Shown: positions 30,032-38,814 of the stretch, piece by piece | Layout of the letters: the number at the start of each line of letters is the position of its first letter | Position numbering within the stretch: position 1 is the stretch's first letter | Source: an uncultured Collinsella sp. | GTDB taxonomy: Bacteria > Actinomycetota > Coriobacteriia > Coriobacteriales > Coriobacteriaceae | Direction: 5' to 3' | DNA: 64,000 nucleotides | NCBI GenBank assembly: GCA_902479095.1 | Contig: CABSNL010000001.1 | Coordinates: 73 to 64,072, forward strand | Translations under genes and position numbers: made by a program | Notes under the pieces: generated by a model | The model's database searches: none | What the model saw: the letters and a program-made list of their open reading frames with translations, nothing else | What the model was told of the DNA's origin: nothing

Positions 30032-30970
30032 CTACTCCTTTGACTCGTTCTGAACCTTACCGGCAGCCAGCATCTGCTCGAACATAGAGGCCGACTGCGA
30101 AAAGTCGCTCGGCAGCACGACCGTCGAGGTTTTACCCGTGCGAGCGAACTCCGTCATCATCTCGGACCACTGCGTAAACATGAACAGTTGGTTGGCCTCG
30201 TCATTGCCGACACCCGTCTCCTGGATGATCTCGAGCGAATCTTTGATACCCAGTGCAATGGCCTTGCGCTGGTTGGCGATGCCCTCGCCCGCCTTTTCCA
30301 TAGCCTCGGCCTCGGCGGTCGCCTCGGTGACGCGCTTGATGCGGTCGGCCTCGGCGAGCTCCTGTGCCGCAGCGCGCTTGCGCTGGGCGGCGTTGATGTC
30401 GTTCATGGAGTTCTCGACCTCGGTCGGCAGTGCGATTTTGGTGATGAGCGTCGACACGAGGGTGAAGCCGTAGGCGGCCATCTGCTCGGAAACGGTAGCG
30501 TTGACATCCTTGGCGATGTCATCCTTCTTGGCAAAGACCTCATCGAGTGTGTAGACGGGAATCGAAGAGCGTAGGGCGTCGGTGATGAAGTCACGCATCT
30601 GGTCGACGGGCTCCTGCAGCATGTAGTAGCTCTTGTAGATACCCGAATCTGCCGGGCCGGCGCCCATGTCATAGCTCACGTGGTACTGAGCAGAGACCTC
30701 AAGGCCGATGGTCACGTTGTCCTGGGTCTTAACGTCGATGCCAAAACCGTTTTTCATGGTGCGCAGGCTCACCGTGGCGGCCTTGCGGTCGATCACGGGC
30801 ACCTTCATGTGGAAGCCCGCGTTGACGATGCGGTTAAACTTGCCCAGGCGCTCGATGATCACGGCATGCTGTTGTTCAACGACATAGCAGGCGTTGGGAA
30901 GCAGTAGCAACAGAATGATGATGGGAATCAAAAGGCTGGTAAGGGCGGCGATGATACCGGACAACAGCAT
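30032..30970 (-). CDS. SPFH/band 7 family protein
   Basis: N-terminal TM, IIERLGKF, KTQDNV and MNDINAAQR motifs. Confidence 0.92.
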   Translation of the reverse strand: MLLSGIIAALTSLLIPIIILLLLLPNACYVVEQQHAVIIERLGKFNRIVNAGFHMKVPVIDRKAATVSLRTMKNGFGIDVKTQDNVTIGLEVSAQYHVSYDMGAGPADSGIYKSYYMLQEPVDQMRDFITDALRSSIPVYTLDEVFAKKDDIAKDVNATVSEQMAAYGFTLVSTLITKIALPTEVENSMNDINAAQRKRAAAQELAEADRIKRVTEATAEAEAMEKAGEGIANQRKAIALGIKDSLEIIQETGVGNDEANQLFMFTQWSEMMTEFARTGKTSTVVLPSDFSQSASMFEQMLAAGKVQNESKE

Positions 30971-31027
30971 GGTCTCTCCTCTGATAGGCACACGTTGGCA
31001 TTAGGATACCCGTACAAGGAGATCGTA

Positions 31028-31258
31028 CATAACAAAAAAGCTCCCATTGCTGGGAGTTCTTTCATTCAATGGTGCGGGCGAAAGGACGTCCGCGTATCCG
31101 CTTCGCGGATCCGCACCGGCTTCGGCCGCCTGCCGGCGTCCTCGCCAGCTCGCTAAAAACGCTCCGCGTTTTCTTTACGCTCGCTCCTTCACAGGTTCAA
31201 GTCCCTGTGACGGGCCCATAACAAAAAAGCTCCCATTGCTGGGAGCTCTTTAATTTAA
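31028..31258 (-). repeat. tRNA-linked ~190-bp structured unit (Leu copy)
   Basis: 60-bp direct repeat 31028-31087 / 31217-31276 (3 mismatches, period 189); core 31090-31188; inverted T-arm 31193-31204. Confidence 0.9.
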
Positions 31259-31345
31259 TGGTGCGGGCGAAAGGACTTGAACCTTCATGGGGTTGCCCCC
31301 ATACGGACCTGAACCGTACGCGTCTGCCAATTCCGCCACGCCCGC
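31259..31345 (-). tRNA. tRNA-Leu(CAG)
   Basis: GCGGGCGTGGCGGAATTGGCAGACGCG TACGG TT CAG GT CCGTA, variable arm, GGTTCAAGTCC, CCA. Confidence 0.96.
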
Positions 31346-31388
31346 GTGCAGGAATTAGAATAACGGAGCGCCATCGCGAACGCAAGAA

Positions 31389-32306
31389 CTATTTTTGAAA
31401 AAGTTTGCAGGCATTTTCCCAAGCTGCTCGCGCGATTGCCTCAGCATCCTCGCCGGTACGATCGACACGGTCGTTGACCAGCGTGTTTGCCGTAATGGAG
31501 ATCATTGCGGGCTCGCATTCAAGACCGCGGATGGGCTCCGGAGCCATATACGGGCAATCCGTCTCGAACAAAATTCGATCGAGTGGGGTTGCCGCAAATG
31601 CCTCGCGCACGTCGTCGTTGCGCTTAAAGGTGGCCGCACCGCCATAGGCGATATAGCAGCCCAGCTCCACAAAGCACTCCATCGTGGCGCGGTCCTCGCC
31701 AAAGCAGTGCAGCACACAACCGGCCTGGGGCACGCCCACCTCACGAAGCACGTTGTAGGCGTCCGCGTGCGAGGTTCGCTCCTGGTCCGTGTCCTCGTGA
31801 CGCAGATGCAGCTCCACCGGCACGTTACGGCACACGGCAAGCTCGAGCTGGCGCGCCATGCAGTCAATCTGCACGTTATGGGGTGCCGGCGCGATATCGT
31901 CGTCATAGTCCATGTGGTAGTCCAGGCCGATTTCGCCAATACCGGCGCATAAGGGGTCATCGAGTGCGGCAACGACCTGTGCGTGAACGTCGTCGGTATA
32001 GTCCGGCGCGCCATACGGATGCACGCCGGCAAGATACTTGATCTGCGGGATATCCTGCATCGGCAGAATTTCGCGCACGAGCCAGTCGCTATAGTCCGTC
32101 ACGCTGCGCTTGTCGGCGATGGGGTCGAGCATCGTCACCAACAGGTCGACGCCCGCGGCTTTGGCACGCAGGAGCGTCTCGGGCACATCCTTGCCCCAGA
32201 ACGAAAGCAGATGTGCATGCGTGTCGGCAAGCGGCGCCAAGGGCACGGGACAAGCAACCGTCTTCTTTTTCTTGGTAAACGTCACGCGTTCGGCATTAAG
32301 CGTCAT
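31389..32306 (-). CDS. tatD: TatD family hydrolase
   Basis: DTHAH, GVHP, GEIGLDY, LHCF and ETDCPY motifs. Confidence 0.92.
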   Translation of the reverse strand: MTLNAERVTFTKKKKTVACPVPLAPLADTHAHLLSFWGKDVPETLLRAKAAGVDLLVTMLDPIADKRSVTDYSDWLVREILPMQDIPQIKYLAGVHPYGAPDYTDDVHAQVVAALDDPLCAGIGEIGLDYHMDYDDDIAPAPHNVQIDCMARQLELAVCRNVPVELHLRHEDTDQERTSHADAYNVLREVGVPQAGCVLHCFGEDRATMECFVELGCYIAYGGAATFKRNDDVREAFAATPLDRILFETDCPYMAPEPIRGLECEPAMISITANTLVNDRVDRTGEDAEAIARAAWENACKLFQK

Positions 32307-33156
32307 GGATTAGCTCCTGGGCCAGGCGGACAAAGTCGGCAACATCAAGCGTTTCGGCGCGCGTGGTGGATGCGATACCGCAAGCCTCAAAGGCGGCATC
32401 GAGCACGTCCTTGGCAAAGCCGTTGGCGCTCATGGAATTGCGGATGGTCTTGCGACGCTGAGCAAATGCAGCATCAATCACGCGGGCCACAAATTCGCGA
32501 TCGAGCCCCTCGGGCACCACGCCGTCAACACGGTCGATACGCACGACGGCCGAGTCCACATGCGGCGCCGGCATAAAGCAGCGCGGCGGCACCTCAAAAC
32601 GACCCGTAACCTGCGCATATAGGCCGAGCTTTGCCGTATAGCCGCCATAGGTCTTGTTACCCGGCGCTGCGGCAATGCGATCGGCAACCTCCTTTTGAAC
32701 CATGACGACGGCGCGCTTGAGCGCGGGCATCGTCTGGAAGAACTGAAGGATGATCGTCGCCGCCACGTTGTAGGGCAGATTCGCGACAAACACCGTCGGC
32801 TTACCGCCCGCAACCTGCTCAATCTGCTCCGGGCCCACCTTGAGCGCATCGCCCATGATAAAGCGGAAGTTGGCATAGTCGGCGGCGTGGGCGTCGAGCA
32901 CCGGCTCAAGCTCGGGATCGGCCTCGATCGACGTAACGCACGCCGCCTCCTGCAACAACGCAAGTGTCAACGTGCCGCAACCCGGACCCACCTCGAGTAC
33001 GCGCTCGTCACCTGCAAGCTCGGCAAGCTCGCAGATACGCTCGATCACATGATTGTCGATTAGAAAGTTCTGGCCCAGGCGATGCTTAGTCGCAAGGCCA
33101 AACTCCTCTAGCAGCTCCCTGGTGGCCGTGGGGTTTGCCAAAGGCGAAGTTGTCAT
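32296..33156 (-). CDS. rsmA: 16S rRNA dimethyladenosine transferase
   Basis: LGQNFLID, EVGPGCGTLT, ANLPYNV and MVQKEVADR motifs. Confidence 0.96.
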   Translation of the reverse strand: MTTSPLANPTATRELLEEFGLATKHRLGQNFLIDNHVIERICELAELAGDERVLEVGPGCGTLTLALLQEAACVTSIEADPELEPVLDAHAADYANFRFIMGDALKVGPEQIEQVAGGKPTVFVANLPYNVAATIILQFFQTMPALKRAVVMVQKEVADRIAAAPGNKTYGGYTAKLGLYAQVTGRFEVPPRCFMPAPHVDSAVVRIDRVDGVVPEGLDREFVARVIDAAFAQRRKTIRNSMSANGFAKDVLDAAFEACGIASTTRAETLDVADFVRLAQELIHDA

Positions 33157-33266
33157 GTTTGCCTCCTTAGCATGATGGCGGCGTCTTGAAACAAAAGGGC
33201 ATGGACCGTGGCGGCCATGCCCTTACAGCTAAACAGCAAATTGCCGATATGGCGCTCGCGCGGTCT

Positions 33267-34868
33267 CTACGCCAGACGCGGGAACAGCGGATCGCCCTTC
33301 TCGACGGGCTGACCGCCGGCAAGCAGGCCCCAAGTGCAAATGCCCTTGAGGTCGTCGCTCGCGGCCTCGCCCTCACAGGACAGACGGCGCAGGGCCTCGG
33401 CAGAAGTCTGGGGCATGAGCGGCATCAGCAGGTGAGCGGCAATGCGGATGGCCTCGAGCAGGTTGTAGATCACAAATGCCAGCTCGTCAGCCTTGGCCTC
33501 GTCCTTGGCAAGTGCCCAAGGCTCGGAGTCCTCGATGTAGTGGTTGGCGGCGTGGATGAGCTCCATGACCTCGTCCTTGGCTCCACCGTAATCGAGCACG
33601 TCCATCTTGGCCATGTAGCGGTCGACCAGACCATCGGCGATCTTTGCCAGCGGGTTGTCGAACGCATCGAACGATGCGGGCTTGGCGGGCGCGCAACCGT
33701 CAAAGTACTTGCCGCTCATGTTGAGCGAACGCGAGATAAGGTTGCCCCAGCTGTTGGCCAGGTCGGCGTTGTAGACCTGCTCCATGCGATCGAAGCTGAT
33801 GGCACCGTCGGTACCGGGGACGACGTCGGTCATGAAGTAGTAGCGATAGCCCTCGACGCCCAGCATATCGATAACGTCCTGCGGAGCGATGGCGTTGCCG
33901 CGGCTCTTGGACATCTTCTCGGCCTTGCCAGTCTCGGCATTGCGCACGGTCAGGAAGCCGTGGGCAAAGACGTGCTCGGGCAGGGCCTCGCCGATGGCCA
34001 TGAGCATGGCGGGCCAAATGACGCAGTGGAAGCGGATGATGTCCTTACCCACGATGTGGAACTGCGCGGGCCAGCGATAGGCCAGCTCGGCACGCGCCTC
34101 GTCGGTGTCGACACCGTAGCCGACGGCCGTCATATAGTTGAGCAGCGCGTCGAACCATACATAGGTCACATGGCCCTCGTCAAACGGGACCTGGATGCCC
34201 CAGTCAAAGCTCGTGCGGCTCACGGAAAGGTCGTTGAGGCCGCCCTCGACAAAGCTGCGAACCTCGTTCATGCGGAACGCAGGCTCGACAAAGTCGGGGT
34301 GCTCGTCATAGAGCTTGAGCAGCTTGTCCTGGAAGGCGGAAAGCTTAAAGAAGTAGGACTCCTCCTGCACGCGCTCCAGCGGACGGTGGCAGTCGGGGCA
34401 CAGGTGCTGGCCGACGCTGCCGTACTCCTCATCGCCCTTCTGGACCTGCGTATCGGTGAAGTAGGTCTCGTCGGGCACGCAATACCAGCCATCGTAGCTG
34501 CCCTTATACAGGTAGCCAGACTCCTTCATGCGCTCCCACAGGTACTGCACGGCATGATGCTGGCGCGGCTCAGTGGTGCGGATGAAGTCGTCGTTGGAAA
34601 TCTCGAGCTTGCTCCAAAGCTCCTTGAAGTGCGGAGCCTGGCTATCGGTCCACTCCTGCGGCGTCATGTTGTGCTTGGCTGCGGCCTCGGCAACCTTCTC
34701 GCCGTGCTCGTCCATGCCGGTCAGGAACTTGACGTTATAGCCAGCGGAGCGGCGATAGCGAGCCTGAACGTCGGCGATGATGGTGGAATAAGCCGTGCCC
34801 AGGTGCGGATCGGCGTTGACGTAGTAGATGGGCGTCGTGATAAAGAACGAAGGCTTGCTTTGATCCAT
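33267..34868 (-). CDS. metG: methionine--tRNA ligase (short form)
   Basis: ITTPIYYVN, HLGT (HIGH variant), YVWFDAL, GKDIIRFH and KMSKS motifs. Confidence 0.96.
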   Translation of the reverse strand: MDQSKPSFFITTPIYYVNADPHLGTAYSTIIADVQARYRRSAGYNVKFLTGMDEHGEKVAEAAAKHNMTPQEWTDSQAPHFKELWSKLEISNDDFIRTTEPRQHHAVQYLWERMKESGYLYKGSYDGWYCVPDETYFTDTQVQKGDEEYGSVGQHLCPDCHRPLERVQEESYFFKLSAFQDKLLKLYDEHPDFVEPAFRMNEVRSFVEGGLNDLSVSRTSFDWGIQVPFDEGHVTYVWFDALLNYMTAVGYGVDTDEARAELAYRWPAQFHIVGKDIIRFHCVIWPAMLMAIGEALPEHVFAHGFLTVRNAETGKAEKMSKSRGNAIAPQDVIDMLGVEGYRYYFMTDVVPGTDGAISFDRMEQVYNADLANSWGNLISRSLNMSGKYFDGCAPAKPASFDAFDNPLAKIADGLVDRYMAKMDVLDYGGAKDEVMELIHAANHYIEDSEPWALAKDEAKADELAFVIYNLLEAIRIAAHLLMPLMPQTSAEALRRLSCEGEAASDDLKGICTWGLLAGGQPVEKGDPLFPRLA

Positions 34869-34937
34869 GGGGTTTGTCCTCCAGAAAAACGTTGCATACA
34901 GGGGATGATTCTAGCGCAAGGGCTGGATATCCTCCAT

Positions 34938-35816
34938 CTATTGCATATCGAGCACCATGGCATAGACATCGCGCTTGCGGCGCGAATACTTCTGAGACAG
35001 GCGCTTGGCCACCGCAGAGGCGGGCTCCCCCTCCTCGAGCGCGGCGCGGATATCCTCGCGCAGGGCCTCGTCGGGATCCGCTGCCGCGGCGCCAACCGGC
35101 ACGATACCGGCCTCCTCATCCTCGCTCGGCGGCGCGATGACCAGTGCAATCTCGCCCTTTACCTCGCCGCGAGCACGCAGCTCCTCGGCAAGCTGAGCAG
35201 CGGGCCCACGCAAGACCTCCTCGTGCAGCTTGGTGAGTTCGCGGCAGACGGCAACCTCACGCTGGGGAAAGACCTCCGCCACGGCCTCGAGCGTCGCCAC
35301 AATGCGATGTGGAGACTCGTAGAAGATGAGCGCGCCGGGCACCACGGCAAGGCGCTGCAAACGGCGCACGCGGTCGCCGTGCTTGCGACCCAAAAAGCCT
35401 TCGAAGAAGAAATGCTCGCAGGGAATGCCGGACGAAACAAGCGCCGTGACGCAAGCAGAGGGCCCGGGAATAACTTCGACGGGCACATCGGCCTCACGCG
35501 CCGCCTCGACCAGCGCCTGGCCGGGATCGGACACGCTCGGCATGCCGGCGTCCGAGGCAAAGGCGAGGGTCTCCCCCGCCAGCAGACGGTCGACCAGGCC
35601 GGCGGCGCGGCTGGCGATCACATTCTCGTCGCAACGGACAAGCGGCTTGGAAATGCCCAGATGCATCAGCAGCTTTGACGTCACACGCGTGTCTTCGCAG
35701 CAAATGGCATCGGCAGCGGCAAAGGCTTCGCCAACGCGCGGGGATAGGTCGCCCAGGTTGCCGATGGGCGTGCCGACCACATAGAGTTTGCCCGTATGGG
35801 CGCTGTTTTGCGTCAT
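34938..35816 (-). CDS. rsmI: 16S rRNA C1402 2'-O-methyltransferase
   Basis: VGTPIGNLGD, CEDTR, SDAGMP, YESPHR and RELTKLHEE motifs. Confidence 0.96.
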   Translation of the reverse strand: MTQNSAHTGKLYVVGTPIGNLGDLSPRVGEAFAAADAICCEDTRVTSKLLMHLGISKPLVRCDENVIASRAAGLVDRLLAGETLAFASDAGMPSVSDPGQALVEAAREADVPVEVIPGPSACVTALVSSGIPCEHFFFEGFLGRKHGDRVRRLQRLAVVPGALIFYESPHRIVATLEAVAEVFPQREVAVCRELTKLHEEVLRGPAAQLAEELRARGEVKGEIALVIAPPSEDEEAGIVPVGAAAADPDEALREDIRAALEEGEPASAVAKRLSQKYSRRKRDVYAMVLDMQ

Positions 35817-35822
35817 ATCAAC

Positions 35823-36884
35823 CTATTCAATCATGCCGCGCTCGAGCGTACCGAGCGCCGCGCGGGCGTCCCATGCTGCAATGCGCTTCTCGGTCTTCCA
35901 CGTTTGGAAGAACCAACCGGCAGCCGGTGCAAACGAAGCCAGCTGGTTGGCGATAAACACGCGCTCATAGGCATTGCGTCCCTCGGGCGTAACCGACGAG
36001 TTGGCAAAGATCGCCGCGCCCGACCATTCGCCCACCAGCACGGGGAACCCTGCCGAAATTGCTTCTTTAAGCTCGCGCTTGTTGCGCGAGATCGCCGTCG
36101 TCAGCCCGCGGGGGCTCGTGATGTCGAGCGCATACTCGTCGCGGTAATGGTACAGGTGAAGGTCCATGTAGACGTTCTTGTACTTGGCGCCGCGCATAAA
36201 ATGCTTCCACTCGCCGGGATGCCCCGACGACGAGAAGACGACGATCTTATCCTCGGGCATATACGAACGGACAAGCTCGTAGGCATCGCGATAGAAGTTG
36301 CGCAGGTAGTGGGCAGGAATACCATCCGTCATGGTAAAGAGACTCTTGCGGACGCTCATCTGTGGCGTGTCCAGCAGCTCAATGCCCAGCAGGCTCTCGG
36401 CCTCGCCATAGCGATCGGCCAAGCGCTCGAGCACATCGAGCGCGACATGACGGCCGTTGGTGGACGAATGCCACTCGGCAACAGCCTCCGGCGTGGTGGG
36501 CGAATCATTGGAATCGCCCTGGCCACCGGGCACCGTCGCCAGATCGAGCAGCACGCGGATGTCGTACTTGGCAGCCCACTCAATTGCACGGTCGATGTAG
36601 TCGACAACCGAGATGTAGGACGCGTCGGACTCCTGCGAACCAAAGGCATACCAGGGCACCGGCAGACGCACGGCATTGAGACCGATCTGCGCCATGCGGC
36701 GAAAATCGTCCTCACTCACAAACGTCTCGTAATGACGGCGCATGCGCTCATTATAGGCGGCGGTGCCCATGGCCTCCTGCAGCTCGGCCGCGTTGGATGC
36801 ACCGGTCGCCGCGTATAGCGACGGGGTCACCCAAGGCTCGGGAATAAACCAGCCAGAGAGATTAACGCCGAGTATCCTCTCCAT
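35823..36884 (-). CDS. glycoside hydrolase family 5-like protein with a degenerate active site
   Basis: GVNLSGWFIPEPW, GLNAVRLPVPW, VGEWS and GWFFQTWK motifs; the NEP position reads DTP. Confidence 0.85.
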   Translation of the reverse strand: MERILGVNLSGWFIPEPWVTPSLYAATGASNAAELQEAMGTAAYNERMRRHYETFVSEDDFRRMAQIGLNAVRLPVPWYAFGSQESDASYISVVDYIDRAIEWAAKYDIRVLLDLATVPGGQGDSNDSPTTPEAVAEWHSSTNGRHVALDVLERLADRYGEAESLLGIELLDTPQMSVRKSLFTMTDGIPAHYLRNFYRDAYELVRSYMPEDKIVVFSSSGHPGEWKHFMRGAKYKNVYMDLHLYHYRDEYALDITSPRGLTTAISRNKRELKEAISAGFPVLVGEWSGAAIFANSSVTPEGRNAYERVFIANQLASFAPAAGWFFQTWKTEKRIAAWDARAALGTLERGMIE

Positions 36885-37164
36885 CACTGCCCCCTTCGGA
36901 TCGTGCAGGCCAAACCTGCATCGTATTGCATAGGAAAAGTATCGTTTTGAGTATACCCGCGCGTGAGGACAGACGACCGAACGGTCTGTAAAGTGGCGCA
37001 AAAGCGGGAGGAATGTCTGGGGCGGGCACGCTGAGATGCGCACGCACGTCGGAAGTAAGCGCCGGAAAGCGCATCCCGCCTTCTCGTTCAATAACGGGAT
37101 GCATTTTCCGCGGGTCCACATAAAAGAAAAGGACCCCTTTGCAGAGGTCCTAGTCAATTCAAGG

Positions 37165-37237
<73 letters not shown>

Positions 37238-37372
37238 ATTTGAGGTGTGCCTTGTTTCAAGGCTTGATTAGTATAACCAAGGACGCGCTCCGGTCAACCG
37301 AGAATTTGAAAAAAGTTTTTGAGCACGGCGCCAGCCACAAGGCCGACCCTATAGAACAGCACGTTAGAGACA

Positions 37373-37660
37373 TCAACCCACCGCAAGAAGTTTTTCGCTC
37401 AAGGCTGCACGGGCAAACTCACTTGGCGTCATTCCTTCAGCCGCCGCCCGACGACGAATCGCCTCCTTCATCCCTAGGGGAATCTTGACCGATAGCGTTG
37501 CCGTCCCTTCGCTTGAGAGCGGAGGCCGCCCGTGCACGATCCCCCCAACGGTATGCTCGCCGTCCGGAAACCCGCCATGCTCGTACGACTCGCACCACGC
37601 GTCAATCATTTCATCCGTTACAACCTGACCATTGGCAGCCGTATACGCCTTGCTCATCAT
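37373..37660 (-). CDS. putative antitoxin with C-terminal ribbon-helix-helix (CopG-like) domain
   Basis: Acidic N-terminus, GRPPL, then TLSVKIP...AAAEGMTPSEFARAAL; overlaps the stop of the upstream small gene. Confidence 0.75.
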   Translation of the reverse strand: MMSKAYTAANGQVVTDEMIDAWCESYEHGGFPDGEHTVGGIVHGRPPLSSEGTATLSVKIPLGMKEAIRRRAAAEGMTPSEFARAALSEKLLAVG

Positions 37661-37923
37661 CGACCCCTCTGCCGAGCTTGCTCGATCTCTTGCCAGAATT
37701 TCTTCTGAACCGGAGACAGGGCATGAATAATGAGCCATCCACGAATTAGTTCGACTGCAACAAGTTCCACACTTCGACCATCTGGAAGCCATCCAATGGC
37801 AAGCCATCTCGGCGGCTCGTCCTCCGACTCGCGGCGAATGCACTCAGTAACCGCGAACCAGGCACCAAGCACTTGCTTTTCCGTCAAGTGTTTTTTGGCG
37901 TTGGGATGGATCTCAACATCCAT
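37657..37923 (-). CDS. putative BrnT/RelE-like toxin
   Basis: 88 aa: IHPNAKKH, LAIGWLPDGRSVELV, IIHA; GGAGG SD; coupled to the RHH gene. Confidence 0.65.
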   Translation of the reverse strand: MDVEIHPNAKKHLTEKQVLGAWFAVTECIRRESEDEPPRWLAIGWLPDGRSVELVAVELIRGWLIIHALSPVQKKFWQEIEQARQRGR

Positions 37924-37981
37924 GCATCTTCTCCTCCATCTTACCCAATTTCGTATGACGAAAGTCCGCTGTCGCCAATTC

Positions 37982-38341
37982 TTACGCCGGCACTTGTTGA
38001 AAGGCGGGAGGTGTAGCGAGGATTGAAGGGCGTTCCAGCACCGCCCAGGCACCGGGACAGGAACACATGCGCCAAGGACGGACGTTTTCGTAGCATGCGA
38101 GGATGCTGCCGTTGTGGTCGATAAAAGCAATGTCGATGGGGTAGGCCATAAAGCAGGTGTGGACCGAAGAGCAGCGTGGGAACGCCATGACGAGCGGCAA
38201 CCCGTTGGCGGCAATCGGAGACCGTCCCAGCATGCCGCGCAGGCGCACGGCAAACGACTCCGCCACCACAAACTCGGCAGGCGCCCAACCCAGCCTGTTG
38301 AGCGCCCGCGCGTAGGCAATGTAGGATGAGGCCGCGGTCAC
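37982..38341 (-). CDS. DUF192 family protein
   Basis: VAESF..RLRGMLG, VHTCFMAYPIDIAFID and VLE motifs; GTG start overlaps the upstream stop. Confidence 0.8.
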   Translation of the reverse strand: MTAASSYIAYARALNRLGWAPAEFVVAESFAVRLRGMLGRSPIAANGLPLVMAFPRCSSVHTCFMAYPIDIAFIDHNGSILACYENVRPWRMCSCPGAWAVLERPSILATPPAFQQVPA

Positions 38342-38814
38342 ATAACCACCCCCGGACGCCACGGATCGACCGTCACTGCGCGCTCGTGCGACAACTTTGC
38401 CGGTGCCCCCAGCGAAACGCCGGCGATGCTGAGCGAGCTCGGCCACGGCTCGTAGCGCATGGTACAGGTATAGGTCCTAAACGTGCCGGAGAGCGAAAGC
38501 AGACCGCCATCCGATGTCGTCGCACCCTGCTCGCTCGAGACCTCAATCTGCAAGTCATAGCCTTCCATGGCATGTTGGATCTGAGCCTGAACGGTCGCGG
38601 AGGCATCGATGGAGCTGTCGTCGCCCTCCCCGCTCGGCGCCACGGCATGCGCTAGCACGATATCGGGCACCACGCGATCGAAGCGCGCGACCGCGTCGGC
38701 AAAGACCATGACGTTGTACACGATAAGCGCCAGAACCAGCAGGACGGGCGTGACCACGGCCATCTCGACCGTCGCCTGGGCGCGCTCCTCGCACAGGCGC
38801 GTGCGGATGCCCAT
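38338..38814 (-). CDS. TadE-like pseudopilin
   Basis: RAQATVEMAVVTPVLLVLAL prepilin-like motif. Confidence 0.75.
   Translation of the reverse strand: MGIRTRLCEERAQATVEMAVVTPVLLVLALIVYNVMVFADAVARFDRVVPDIVLAHAVAPSGEGDDSSIDASATVQAQIQHAMEGYDLQIEVSSEQGATTSDGGLLSLSGTFRTYTCTMRYEPWPSSLSIAGVSLGAPAKLSHERAVTVDPWRPGVVM

Noticed and set aside
22628..31276. Prophage or genomic island bounded by tRNA att sites
   Set aside because: The duplications are only about 190 bp apart, no integrase is present, and the intervening genes include core genes (serS, proC, rlmH).
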